Origin: Acidimicrobiales bacterium
GTDB lineage: Bacteria > Actinomycetota > Acidimicrobiia > Acidimicrobiales > VFJN01
Direction of reading: 5' to 3'
Assembly: GCA_035641315.1 (NCBI GenBank)
Contig: DASQUK010000048.1
Coordinates: 1,270-65,269 of the forward strand
DNA length: 64,000 nucleotides
The translations under genes and the position numbers were made by a program. This document shows, one piece after another, positions 26,857-35,015 of the stretch (position 1 is the first letter of the stretch; each line of letters opens with the position of its first letter). The notes under the pieces were generated by a model. The model was not told where the DNA came from. It searched no databases and saw only the letters and a program-made list of their open reading frames with translations.

Positions 26857-27279
26857 CTAGTTCAGGATCTCGGACTGTGCGCCGACCTCGATCATGTGCA
26901 GGGCGTCCTCCAGCCGCAGGAACCCGGCCTCGAGCGCGCTCAGCGTCGCTCGGCTCCACGCGACGACGAAGCCGCCGTGGCTCCCGTACATCGCGTTGAG
27001 CTGCTCCTCGGTGAGCGGCGCCGAGGTGCCGAAGAGGTTGCAGAACTGCGTGCCGGTCTGGCCCAGCCCGCTGAGCTTGGCGACGGGAGCGTCCACGGCC
27101 GGCGTGCGGATCCCGCCGAGCACGTTGCCGTTGGCGTCAAGGGCGTACTGGATCGGCGTGATGCTGATCGTCTCGAGGCGCGGCGCCTCGGGCGGTGGCG
27201 TGCCGCCGGCGACCCAGCGGTCGAGGTGGGCGATCGCCGAGCGGAGCACGAAGGTCTGCGGCCCGGTGCTGATCGGCAA
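26857..27279 (-). pseudogene. C-terminal fragment paralogous to the 25229..26782 hydrolase (N-terminal ~370 aa missing)
   Basis: The 140-aa ORF ISTGPQTFVLRSAIAHLDRWVAGGTPPPEAP...GGIRTPAVDAPV... aligns by eye with INEGPQAQVLRAAIAALRTWVVDGEPPPSAP...GGIRTPAVDAPV... of the neighbour. No homologous sequence is visible upstream of 27279. Confidence 0.6.
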
Positions 27280-27416
27280 CGCGTCGCCATCTCACTCGGG
27301 GCCGGCATCGGCCTCGCCGTCGCCGCCGTCCTCGGCGTGCGCCGCCACACGATCGAACGGCTCCCCGCAGCCCCTCCCCGACGCCGCGCCCGCGTGACGC
27401 GGCCCCCGTCGACGGA

Positions 27417-28406
27417 TCAGGAGGGCTCGCGCAGCCGGGGGAGCACCTTGGCGGCGACGAGCTCGAGGCTCTCCCACGCGAGGTCGGGGTGGAGGCCACC
27501 CATGAGAGGGTGGAGGCGCAGGCTGCCGTTCGAGCGCGCCATTTCCACGCACTCGTCGGGCGTCACGACTGCGTACATGCCGCTGGCCCGCAGCGCGTCG
27601 GCGTCGTCGAAGGGCCTGTAGACGGCGATGCCGTCGGCGCTCGCGAGCCAGGCCCCGTAGGAGTTGGCCTCGTGCAGGGCGTGGGGCGCGATGCGCGCCC
27701 ACGCCTCGTCGGGGTCGTCGGCCACGTGGATGAACAGGGGCCCGTTCGCCGGTGGCGGCGGCCCGGGCTCGCGGCCGAGCTCCCGGCACGCGGCTTCGTA
27801 CACCGGCCACAGCGAGGGGTCGACGGGGACGAAGCCGTCGCCCAGCCGCGCCGCGCGCCGGGCGGCGGCCGGCGACGCCCCGCCCATCAGGAGCGCCGGA
27901 CCACCGGGGCGGGCCGGTTGGGGCGTCACGCGCAGCCGCCGGCCGCGGTACTCGAACTCCTCGCCCGACCACGCCGCCCGCAGCACCGCCACGCCCTCCT
28001 CGACGAGCCGGACCCGGTCGCTCATCTCCCGGCCGTACATCGCCAGCTCCTCCGGCCGGTAGCCGGCGCCGATGACCAGGTCAATGCGGCCGCCGCTCGT
28101 CAGGTCGAGCACGGCGAGGTCCTCGGCGAGGCGGATCGGGTCGTACAGCGGCAACACCAGAGCGGCCACCAGGATCCGCAGCGACCGGGTCCGACCGGCG
28201 ATGGCGGCCGCGAGGACGAGCGGCGAGGGGCAGTACCCGTCGTCGGAGCCGTGGTGCTCGGTCAGGTTCACCGACTCGAAGCCGTGGCCTTCCGCCCATT
28301 CGCTCTGCTCGAGCGCCGCGGCGTAGAGCGCCTGGACAGGCGGCCCGAACGCCGGCGCCCGCATGTCGTAGCGCAGCGACAGCCGCACGCCGTCGTTGCT
28401 CGTCAT
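27417..28406 (-). CDS. LLM-class flavin-dependent oxidoreductase (luciferase-like)
   Basis: 329-aa ORF with GFESVNLTEHHGS, RILVAALVLPLYDPIRLAEDLAVLDLTSGGRIDLVIGAGY. Confidence 0.88.
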   Translation of the reverse strand: MTSNDGVRLSLRYDMRAPAFGPPVQALYAAALEQSEWAEGHGFESVNLTEHHGSDDGYCPSPLVLAAAIAGRTRSLRILVAALVLPLYDPIRLAEDLAVLDLTSGGRIDLVIGAGYRPEELAMYGREMSDRVRLVEEGVAVLRAAWSGEEFEYRGRRLRVTPQPARPGGPALLMGGASPAAARRAARLGDGFVPVDPSLWPVYEAACRELGREPGPPPPANGPLFIHVADDPDEAWARIAPHALHEANSYGAWLASADGIAVYRPFDDADALRASGMYAVVTPDECVEMARSNGSLRLHPLMGGLHPDLAWESLELVAAKVLPRLREPS

Positions 28407-28548
28407 CTGTCGAGTCCCCCTCCGTCGACTGGCCCGGCCGCGTAGCCCGCTTGGCCGGCATGCTACTGCGGAAGCGACGTTATGCTAGGGAAAGAGGGCC
28501 GTTCTCGTAGCACCATGCTGCCGAGGCGGCGAGTGGAGGGAGAGCCGT

Positions 28549-29178
28549 ATGGCCGGAACCACGTCGGACGAGCCATCCGACGGAGCATCCGGCGGGCCGC
28601 GCATCAGCCCGCTGCCGCTCGACGAGTGGCCGGACGCGATGCGGGAGGCGCTCGCGGCCATGCGGCCGCCGGAGCCCCGCCATCCCCTGCCCCGGCGGGA
28701 TGCCGGCCGCCCCAAGGCATTGAACGCGCTGGGAACCCTGGCCCGGCACCCTGCGTTGACCCGGGCCTTCAACACCTTCAACGGGCACGTGCAGTTCGCC
28801 TCGACGCTGTCGGCTCGCCAGCGCGAGCTGCTCATCCTGCGTGTCGCATCGGTGCGACGCTGTACGTACGAGTGGGCACAGCACGTCGTCCTCGCCCGCG
28901 ATGCCGGGCTCGCGAACGAGGAGATCGCTCGGGTCGCCGAGGGACCGGACGGCCCCGGCTGGTCGCCGCTGGAGCGGGCGATGCTCGGCGCAGTCGACGA
29001 GCTGCTCGACGATGCGACGGTCACCGATGACACATGGAAGGTGCTCGCCGCCGAGCTCGACGAGCAGCAGCTCATGGACCTCGTCTTCACGGTGGGTGCG
29101 TACGACGCGGTGGCGATGGCGTTCCGCTCCTTCGGGGTCCAGCTCGACCGCGACCTCGCTGGCGTCGCCCGGAAATGA
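28549..29178 (+). CDS. carboxymuconolactone decarboxylase (AhpD-like) family protein
   Basis: 209-aa ORF with SARQRELLILRVASVRRCTYEWAQH. SD GGAGGGAG precedes the ATG. Confidence 0.8.
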   Translation: MAGTTSDEPSDGASGGPRISPLPLDEWPDAMREALAAMRPPEPRHPLPRRDAGRPKALNALGTLARHPALTRAFNTFNGHVQFASTLSARQRELLILRVASVRRCTYEWAQHVVLARDAGLANEEIARVAEGPDGPGWSPLERAMLGAVDELLDDATVTDDTWKVLAAELDEQQLMDLVFTVGAYDAVAMAFRSFGVQLDRDLAGVARK

Positions 29179-29203
29179 CCTTCTCGTTCTTGGAGATTGG
29201 TGC

Positions 29204-29209
29204 TATCAT
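29204..29209 (+). promoter_or_regulatory. candidate extended -10 (TGcTATCAT) for the Rieske oxygenase gene
   Basis: GGTGCTATCATC lies in the 65-nt intergenic region, 35 nt upstream of ATG 29244, whose SD is GGAGGA. Confidence 0.3.
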
Positions 29210-29243
29210 CTAGCCGCAAGCCTGACTGGAGGATCAGATCGCC

Positions 29244-30530
29244 ATGCCCCACTTCACGAAGCCCGCCGAGGGGTCGTGGACAGAGCACTACGGCATCCCC
29301 ACCGAGCCCGTCTCGTACGAGGATTCGATCTCCCCCCAGCACTACGAGCTCGAGCGCGAAGCGATCTTCCGGCGGACCTGGCTGAACGTGGGCCGCGTGG
29401 AGCAGATCCCCAGGGTCGGGACCTACCTCACGAGGGAGATCGACGTGCTTGCGACCTCGATCGTGGTCGTGCGCTCGTCGGCGGACCGGATCCGGGCCTT
29501 CTACAACATCTGCCGCCACCGGGGGAACAAGCTCGTCTGGAACGACTACCCACGGGAAGAGACCAGCGGCATCTGCCGGCAGTTCACGTGCAAGTACCAC
29601 GGCTGGCGCTACGACCTCCAGGGCGCGCTCACCTTCGTCCAGCAAGAGGGCGAGTTCTTCGACCTCGACAAGGGCGACTACGGCCTCGTACCCGTCGAGT
29701 GCGACGTGTGGGAGGGGTTCATCTTCGTGAACTTCGACCCGGCCAACCAGACGCCGCTGCATGAGTACCTCGGCGAGTTCGGCCGCGGCCTCGAGGGCTA
29801 CCCGTTCGGCGAGCTGACGCAGGTTTACAAGTACCGGGCCGAGGTCAGGGCCAACTGGAAGCTGTTCATCGACGCCTTCGCCGAGTTCTACCACGCACCG
29901 ATCCTGCACGCGAAGCAGGCGGTGTCGGAGGAGTCCCAGAAGCTGCAGAAGTTCGGCTTCGAAGCGCTCGCCTACAAGCTGGACGGTCCGCACGGGATGG
30001 TGTCGTCGTGGGGCGGCATGTCACCCCCGAAGGACGTCAACATGGTCAAGCCCATCGAGCGGAAGCTCCGGAGCGGCCTGTTCGGTCCGTGGGACGACTA
30101 CCTCGAGGCCGAGATGCCGCCGGCGGTGAATCCCACGCGATCGCCGGTGTGGGGCATGGACTCGTTCCACTTCTTCCCCAACTTCATGGTGCTCCCGTAC
30201 TTCCCGAACTGGGCCATCACCTACAACTACTGGCCGACGTCCTACAACAGCCACATCTTCGAGGGGACCCTGCTCTTCGTCCCGCCGAGGAACGCGTTCG
30301 AGCGGCTGCAGCAGGAGCTCACCGCGGTCACGTTCAAGGAGTACGCGCTGCAGGACTCCAACACCCTCGAGGCGACGCAGACGATGCTCGAGTCGCGGGT
30401 GGTCTCGGAGTTTCCCTTGAACGATCAGGAGATCCTGCTCCGGCACCTGCACCGGACGGCCGGCCAGTACGTGGCCGAGTACCAACAACGGCAGCCCGGC
30501 ACCCCGGTCCAGATCCCGGCCGCGTCCTGA
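29244..30530 (+). CDS. Rieske [2Fe-2S] aromatic-ring-hydroxylating-type oxygenase, alpha subunit
   Basis: 428-aa ORF. Rieske motif CRHRGNKL...CKYHGWRY. Mononuclear-iron His pair in EFYHAPILH. Confidence 0.9.
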   Translation: MPHFTKPAEGSWTEHYGIPTEPVSYEDSISPQHYELEREAIFRRTWLNVGRVEQIPRVGTYLTREIDVLATSIVVVRSSADRIRAFYNICRHRGNKLVWNDYPREETSGICRQFTCKYHGWRYDLQGALTFVQQEGEFFDLDKGDYGLVPVECDVWEGFIFVNFDPANQTPLHEYLGEFGRGLEGYPFGELTQVYKYRAEVRANWKLFIDAFAEFYHAPILHAKQAVSEESQKLQKFGFEALAYKLDGPHGMVSSWGGMSPPKDVNMVKPIERKLRSGLFGPWDDYLEAEMPPAVNPTRSPVWGMDSFHFFPNFMVLPYFPNWAITYNYWPTSYNSHIFEGTLLFVPPRNAFERLQQELTAVTFKEYALQDSNTLEATQTMLESRVVSEFPLNDQEILLRHLHRTAGQYVAEYQQRQPGTPVQIPAAS

Positions 30531-30540
30531 GGAGGCATCG

Positions 30541-30867
30541 GTGCCCACGCTGCCCCCCGAGTTCTCCGACCTCGAGCCGTTCGCCGAGTGGAGCCTGCGC
30601 ACCGAGGCGGAGCGCTACGCCAAGCGGCACTCGAGCTCGATGGAGGAGATGCAGGCGTTCTACGACGCGGCGTTCCCGCGCATCGAGGATGCGTACACCT
30701 ACCTCAACCAGTTCGAGCTGAACGCGCTGCCGGAGGACGCCACGCACCTGTTGTGGCTGTACTACTCGTTGATCAACGTCACGTTCCCGGTCGAGGTGTG
30801 GCGTCAAGCCCGCGTGCCCGACAGCGGTGCGGCAAGCCTCGACCTGGTGGTCGAACCGGCGGTCTGA
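30541..30867 (+). CDS. hypothetical small helical protein coupled to the Rieske oxygenase
   Basis: 108-aa ORF with GTG start 5 nt after a perfect SD (GGAGG at 30531). It begins 10 nt after the oxygenase stop. GC3 is very high throughout. It shows no resemblance to NTF2-type beta subunits or ferredoxins. Confidence 0.7.
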   Translation: MPTLPPEFSDLEPFAEWSLRTEAERYAKRHSSSMEEMQAFYDAAFPRIEDAYTYLNQFELNALPEDATHLLWLYYSLINVTFPVEVWRQARVPDSGAASLDLVVEPAV

Positions 30868-30895
30868 CCTTCTCGCGTTCTCGGCGCCGCCGCGG

Positions 30896-31882
30896 CTAGC
30901 TCGACGGGCGTTCGACGTCGAGGACGACCTTGCCGATGGCGCGGCCGTCGGCGACGTAGCGGAGGGCGGCGGCCGCCTCGTCCAGCGGGAAGCTGGCGCC
31001 GATGTGGGGCTCGGCGCGGTGCGCGGCGAGGAGCGCGAGGAGCTCGTCCTCGTTGCGGCGCATCTCCTCGGGGGCATGGGTGGCGAAGGCGAGGAACTGG
31101 AAGCCGAGGATCTGCACGCCCTTCAGGAGCACGAGGTTGAGCGGGATGCGGGGGATCTCGCCCGCGGCGTACCCGACCGTGACGAACCGGCCGCCCCAGC
31201 GCAGCGACCGCAGCGCGGGTTCGGAGAGCGTGCCGCCGACGGGGTCCACCACGACGTCGGCGCCGTCGGGGAGCGCCTCCTTCAGCGCCTGCCGGAGGTC
31301 ACCGGCCCTGTGGTCGACGAGCGTGGTCGCCCCGTGGGCCTTCGCCACCTCCAGCTTCTCGGGCGACGACGCCACCGCCGTCACGGCCCCGCCGAGCAGC
31401 GCGCCGAGCTGGACGGCCGCCAGGCCGACCCCGCCGCCGGCCCCCAGCACGACCAGCTCTTCGCCCGGCTGGAGGCCGGCCACCGACCGCAGCACGTGGT
31501 ACGCGGTGCGGTGCGCCACGCCGAACGCGGCGGCCTGGCGGGCGTCGACCCCCGGCGGGATGCGGGCCAAGGTCTCGGCCGACGTGACCGCCTCCTCGGC
31601 GAACGCGCCGACCATCCCGGTCGCGAAGACGCGGTCGCCAACGCCGACGCCCGTGACGCCGTCGGCCACCTCCAAGACCTCGCCGGCGAACTCGCTACCG
31701 GGCACGAACGGCGTCGGCACGGAGGCCTGGTACTGGTCGGCGATCAGCAGCACGTCGGGGTAGTTCACCGCCGCGGCCTGCACGCGGACCCGCGCCTGAC
31801 CGGGCCCGAGCGGCGGCGGGGGGAAGTCCTCCACCCGCACCACCTCCGGGGGCCCGTAGGCGTGGCAGACCGCGGCCCGCAC
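30896..31882 (-). CDS. NADPH:quinone oxidoreductase-like MDR family reductase
   Basis: 328-aa ORF with GTG start. Motifs VNYPDVL, PGSEFAGEV, and cofactor loop VLGAGGGVGLAAVQL. Confidence 0.88.
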   Translation of the reverse strand: MRAAVCHAYGPPEVVRVEDFPPPPLGPGQARVRVQAAAVNYPDVLLIADQYQASVPTPFVPGSEFAGEVLEVADGVTGVGVGDRVFATGMVGAFAEEAVTSAETLARIPPGVDARQAAAFGVAHRTAYHVLRSVAGLQPGEELVVLGAGGGVGLAAVQLGALLGGAVTAVASSPEKLEVAKAHGATTLVDHRAGDLRQALKEALPDGADVVVDPVGGTLSEPALRSLRWGGRFVTVGYAAGEIPRIPLNLVLLKGVQILGFQFLAFATHAPEEMRRNEDELLALLAAHRAEPHIGASFPLDEAAAALRYVADGRAIGKVVLDVERPSS

Positions 31883-31884
31883 AG

Positions 31885-32655
31885 CTACCGGCCCTTCCAG
31901 ACCGGCGCCCGCTTCTCCACGAACGCCTTGGCCCCTTCCTGGGCGTCCTCGCTGCCGAACACCAGCGGCTGCAGCTCGCGAAGGCGCTCGGTGGCGCGGG
32001 CGTGGTCGGTCACGCCCAGCCGCACGAGCTCCTTGGTGGCGGCCACCCCGAGCGGGCCGTTGGCGGCGATCCGCTCGGCGAGGTCCAGGGCCGCGGGCAG
32101 CACCCCGTCGGGCGGCACGACGGCGTTGACCAGGCCGAGGGCGTAGGCCCGCTCGGCGTCGATGGTGTCGCCGGTGAGCGCGATCTCCATGGCGACGGCC
32201 AGCGGCACCCGGGTGCCGAGGAACGTGCCGCCGCCCGCGGCGAACAGGCCCCGCTGGACCTCCGGCAGCCCGAACCGGGCCTCGGACGAGGCGACGATGA
32301 CGTCGCAGCCGAGGAGCAGCTCGAAGCCGCCGGCGACCGCGGTGGCGTTGGCGGCGCCGACGATCGGGACGGTCACCTCGCCCTGGATCAACCGGAAGAA
32401 GCCCCTCGTCGCCTCGCTGTCGCGGAAGTGGCCGTCCCCGCTGGCGAACGCGCGCAGGTCCATGCCGGCGCAGAAGGCGCGGTCGCCGGTGCCGGTGAGC
32501 ACGACGGCCCGGATCTCCGGGTCCGACTCGGCTTCGTCCATCGCCGCCGCGATGCCGCGCATCAGCGCCGGATTGAGCGCGTTGCGCGCCTCGGGTCGGT
32601 TGAGGCGGGCGACGAGGACGTTGCCCCGTCGCTCCCGCACCAGCTCGTCGCTCAT
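31885..32655 (-). CDS. enoyl-CoA hydratase/isomerase (crotonase) family protein
   Basis: Last 256 aa of ORF 31885..33477, with LNRPEARNALN, FCAGMDL, and VAGGFELLLGCD oxyanion/Glu region. ATG 32655 overlaps the upstream stop (ATGA). Confidence 0.9.
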   Translation of the reverse strand: MSDELVRERRGNVLVARLNRPEARNALNPALMRGIAAAMDEAESDPEIRAVVLTGTGDRAFCAGMDLRAFASGDGHFRDSEATRGFFRLIQGEVTVPIVGAANATAVAGGFELLLGCDVIVASSEARFGLPEVQRGLFAAGGGTFLGTRVPLAVAMEIALTGDTIDAERAYALGLVNAVVPPDGVLPAALDLAERIAANGPLGVAATKELVRLGVTDHARATERLRELQPLVFGSEDAQEGAKAFVEKRAPVWKGR

Positions 32656-33677
32656 CCGTTGTAGTCCGTGGTCTCGGCGAGCTCCGCCGCCCCCTTCATG
32701 AGGTCGAGGACGATGGGGCCGAACATCTGGAGCTTCTCGTCGTCGCCGGCCCGCTGGTAGCCCTGTTCGAGCACCACCCCAAGCTTCCACTTGGCCAGCA
32801 CGAGGTAGTAGTCGAGGTCGTCGACCTGTCGGCCGGACACCTCGGCGTAGTGCTGGACGATCTCGTCCTTCGACGGCATGCCGGTCAGGTCGACGTAGCT
32901 GGCGAACGCGTCGTCGATCGCGTTCGTGTCCTCGGGCCAACCCTGCACGACCCAGGCGAGATCGAGCTTGGGATCGCCGACCGTGCCCATCTCCCAGTCG
33001 ACGATGGCGGCGAGGCGCGCCGGCGAGCCGTGCTCGAACATGACGTTGGCGAACTGGTAGTCGCCATGCATGAGGCCGGGGATGAAGTCGATCGGCCGAT
33101 GCGCGCGCAGCCAGGCCGCCGCCACGTCGAAACCGGGCAGCTCGCGGCCCTTGATGCGCTCGAGGAACGCCGTCCACCGGTCGACCTGGCGGTCGTGGAA
33201 GCCGTCGGGACGACCGAGGTCGTGCAGGCCGCGGGCCTTCCAGTCGACGTTGCCGAGCAGCGCGACGCCCTCGACGAGCTGGTAGGCGAGGCCCCTGCGC
33301 GCCTCGAGGTCGGTGTCGAACGGCGCCGGCCACTTCCCCATGGTGCTCATCGGCGACCAGCCGTCGACGAAGCCCATCAGGTAGAACGAGCGGCCCAGCA
33401 CCGACTTGTCGGCGCACATGCCCAGGGCCGGCGTGCACGGCACGTCCGTGCCGTCGAGGGCCTCGATGATGCGCCACTCGCGGAGGATGCCCTCGTCCCG
33501 GCTCTCGGGGGCGGTCGGCGGCGGGATGCGCAGCGCCCCGTGCAGCTCGCCGCGGCGGACCTCGTAGATCTCGTTCTGCGAGCCCCCCGACACGTAGCTG
33601 ACCTCGACCGGTTCACCCTTGCCCGTCGCGAGTCCCTGCTCGTCCATCCAGGTCGCGAGGCGGTCGACGTCGATCAC
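32652..33677 (-). CDS. APH-fold phosphotransferase (ACAD10/11-kinase-domain / LvaA-like)
   Basis: Last 341 aa of ORF 32652..34577. Catalytic loop LMHGDYQFANVMF and metal-binding IVDWEMG. GTG 33677 overlaps the ACAD stop (GTGA). Confidence 0.85.
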   Translation of the reverse strand: MIDVDRLATWMDEQGLATGKGEPVEVSYVSGGSQNEIYEVRRGELHGALRIPPPTAPESRDEGILREWRIIEALDGTDVPCTPALGMCADKSVLGRSFYLMGFVDGWSPMSTMGKWPAPFDTDLEARRGLAYQLVEGVALLGNVDWKARGLHDLGRPDGFHDRQVDRWTAFLERIKGRELPGFDVAAAWLRAHRPIDFIPGLMHGDYQFANVMFEHGSPARLAAIVDWEMGTVGDPKLDLAWVVQGWPEDTNAIDDAFASYVDLTGMPSKDEIVQHYAEVSGRQVDDLDYYLVLAKWKLGVVLEQGYQRAGDDEKLQMFGPIVLDLMKGAAELAETTDYNG

Positions 33678-34975
33678 AGGTTGCCCACCTCGTGCTCGAG
33701 GTACTCGGCGAAGCGGGCCCGGGCGGCATCCAGCTTCTTCGGGATCCACTCGGTGGGCCAGACGTCGTCGCTCGGCTTGTAGTCCCGGAGCACCTGGCGG
33801 GCGACCGTGACCTTGTGGACCTCGGTCGGTCCGTCGGCGAGGCCCATGACGCCGGCCCCGTGGATCATTCCGAAGAACGGCAACTCGTTGGTGGTGCCGA
33901 GGGCGCCGTGCACCTGCATCGCCCGCCAGGCGATGTCGTGCAGCACGGTCGGCATCACGACCTTGGCCGTTGCGATGTCCTTGCGGACCCGCTTGTAGTC
34001 GTTGTACCTGTCGATCTCCCACGCCGTGTAGAGCACGAACAGCCGGAACTGCACGAGCTGGGCGTACGAGTCGGCGATGTAGCCCTGCACGAACTGCTTG
34101 TCGGCGAGGAGGCTGCCCTGGGTCTCGCGGCTGAGGGCCCGCTCGCACATCATGTCGAGCGCCTTCTGCGCCAGGCCGATCGTCCGCATGGCGTGGTGGA
34201 TGCGGCCGCCGCCCAGGCGGGTCTGGGCAATGACGAAGGCCTGGCCCTCGCCGCCGAGCAGCGCGTCCTCCGGCACCCGCACGTCGTCGTAGTGGATGAG
34301 GGCGTGGGAGCCCTCGTTCAGCGGCTCGCCGTACAGGCCCATGTTGCGGACGATGTTGACCCCGGGCGTGTCGGTCGGCACCAGGAACATGGACATGCCC
34401 TTGTACGGGCTCACGTCGGGGTTGGTCACCGCCATGACGATCATGAACGAGGCGGTCTTGGCGTTCGACGAGAAGAACTTCCAGCCGTTGATCACCCACT
34501 CGTCGCCGTCCTTGACCGCTTGGGTCTTGAACATCGTCGGGTCGGCGCCCGCGTGCGGCTCGGTCATCGAGTAGCACGAGAACATCTCACCGTCGAGCAG
34601 CGGCTGGAGGTAGCGCTGCTTCTGCTCGGGCGTGCCGTAGTGGGCGATGATCTCGGCGTTGCCGGTGTCGGGCGCCTGGCAGCCGAACACGATCGGGGCC
34701 CACTGCGACCGGCCGAGGATCTCGTTGAGCAGCGCCAGCTTGAGTTGGCCGTAGCCCTGGCCGCCGAGCTCGGGGCCCAGGTGGGTGGCCCACAGGTCCT
34801 GGCGCCGCACCTCGGCCTTCAGCGGGTCGACGACCTTGCGCCGGGTCTCGTCCAGCGGCACGAACTGCTCGTGCGGCCACAGCAGGTCGAGGGGCTCGAC
34901 CTCTTCGCGGACGAACTCGCTGGCCCAGTCCAGCTTGCGCTGGAACTCGGGCTCGGTCTCGAAGTCCCACGCCAT
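33674..34975 (-). CDS. acyl-CoA dehydrogenase family protein (type found paired with APH-fold kinases)
   Basis: 433-aa ORF with CYSMTEPHAGADP FAD/substrate motif and a full ACAD fold pattern. SD GGGAGGGA. Confidence 0.9.
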   Translation of the reverse strand: MAWDFETEPEFQRKLDWASEFVREEVEPLDLLWPHEQFVPLDETRRKVVDPLKAEVRRQDLWATHLGPELGGQGYGQLKLALLNEILGRSQWAPIVFGCQAPDTGNAEIIAHYGTPEQKQRYLQPLLDGEMFSCYSMTEPHAGADPTMFKTQAVKDGDEWVINGWKFFSSNAKTASFMIVMAVTNPDVSPYKGMSMFLVPTDTPGVNIVRNMGLYGEPLNEGSHALIHYDDVRVPEDALLGGEGQAFVIAQTRLGGGRIHHAMRTIGLAQKALDMMCERALSRETQGSLLADKQFVQGYIADSYAQLVQFRLFVLYTAWEIDRYNDYKRVRKDIATAKVVMPTVLHDIAWRAMQVHGALGTTNELPFFGMIHGAGVMGLADGPTEVHKVTVARQVLRDYKPSDDVWPTEWIPKKLDAARARFAEYLEHEVGNL

Positions 34976-34997
34976 CGTTTCCCTCCCTGGTCAATGG

Positions 34998-35012
34998 CAG
35001 AATAGAATTCTG
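34998..35012. promoter_or_regulatory. palindromic operator candidate overlapping divergent -10 elements
   Basis: CAGAATAGAATTCTG has 6-bp arms and a 3-nt spacer, in the 40-nt gap between ACAD (start 34975) and TetR (GTG 35016). TAGAAT (35003-35008) lies 7 nt before the GTG. TATTCT is on the opposite strand. Confidence 0.5.
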
Positions 35013-35015
35013 ACT

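Noticed and set aside
29244-30530. Calling the Rieske oxygenase KshA and the 44139 reductase KshB (a steroid 9-alpha-hydroxylase), and the TetRs KstR/KstR2.
   Set aside because: The oxygenase N-terminus and length do not resemble KshA as I recall it. The operator dyads do not fit the KstR (TnnAACnnGTTnnA) or KstR2 consensus. No KstD or Hsa genes are present.
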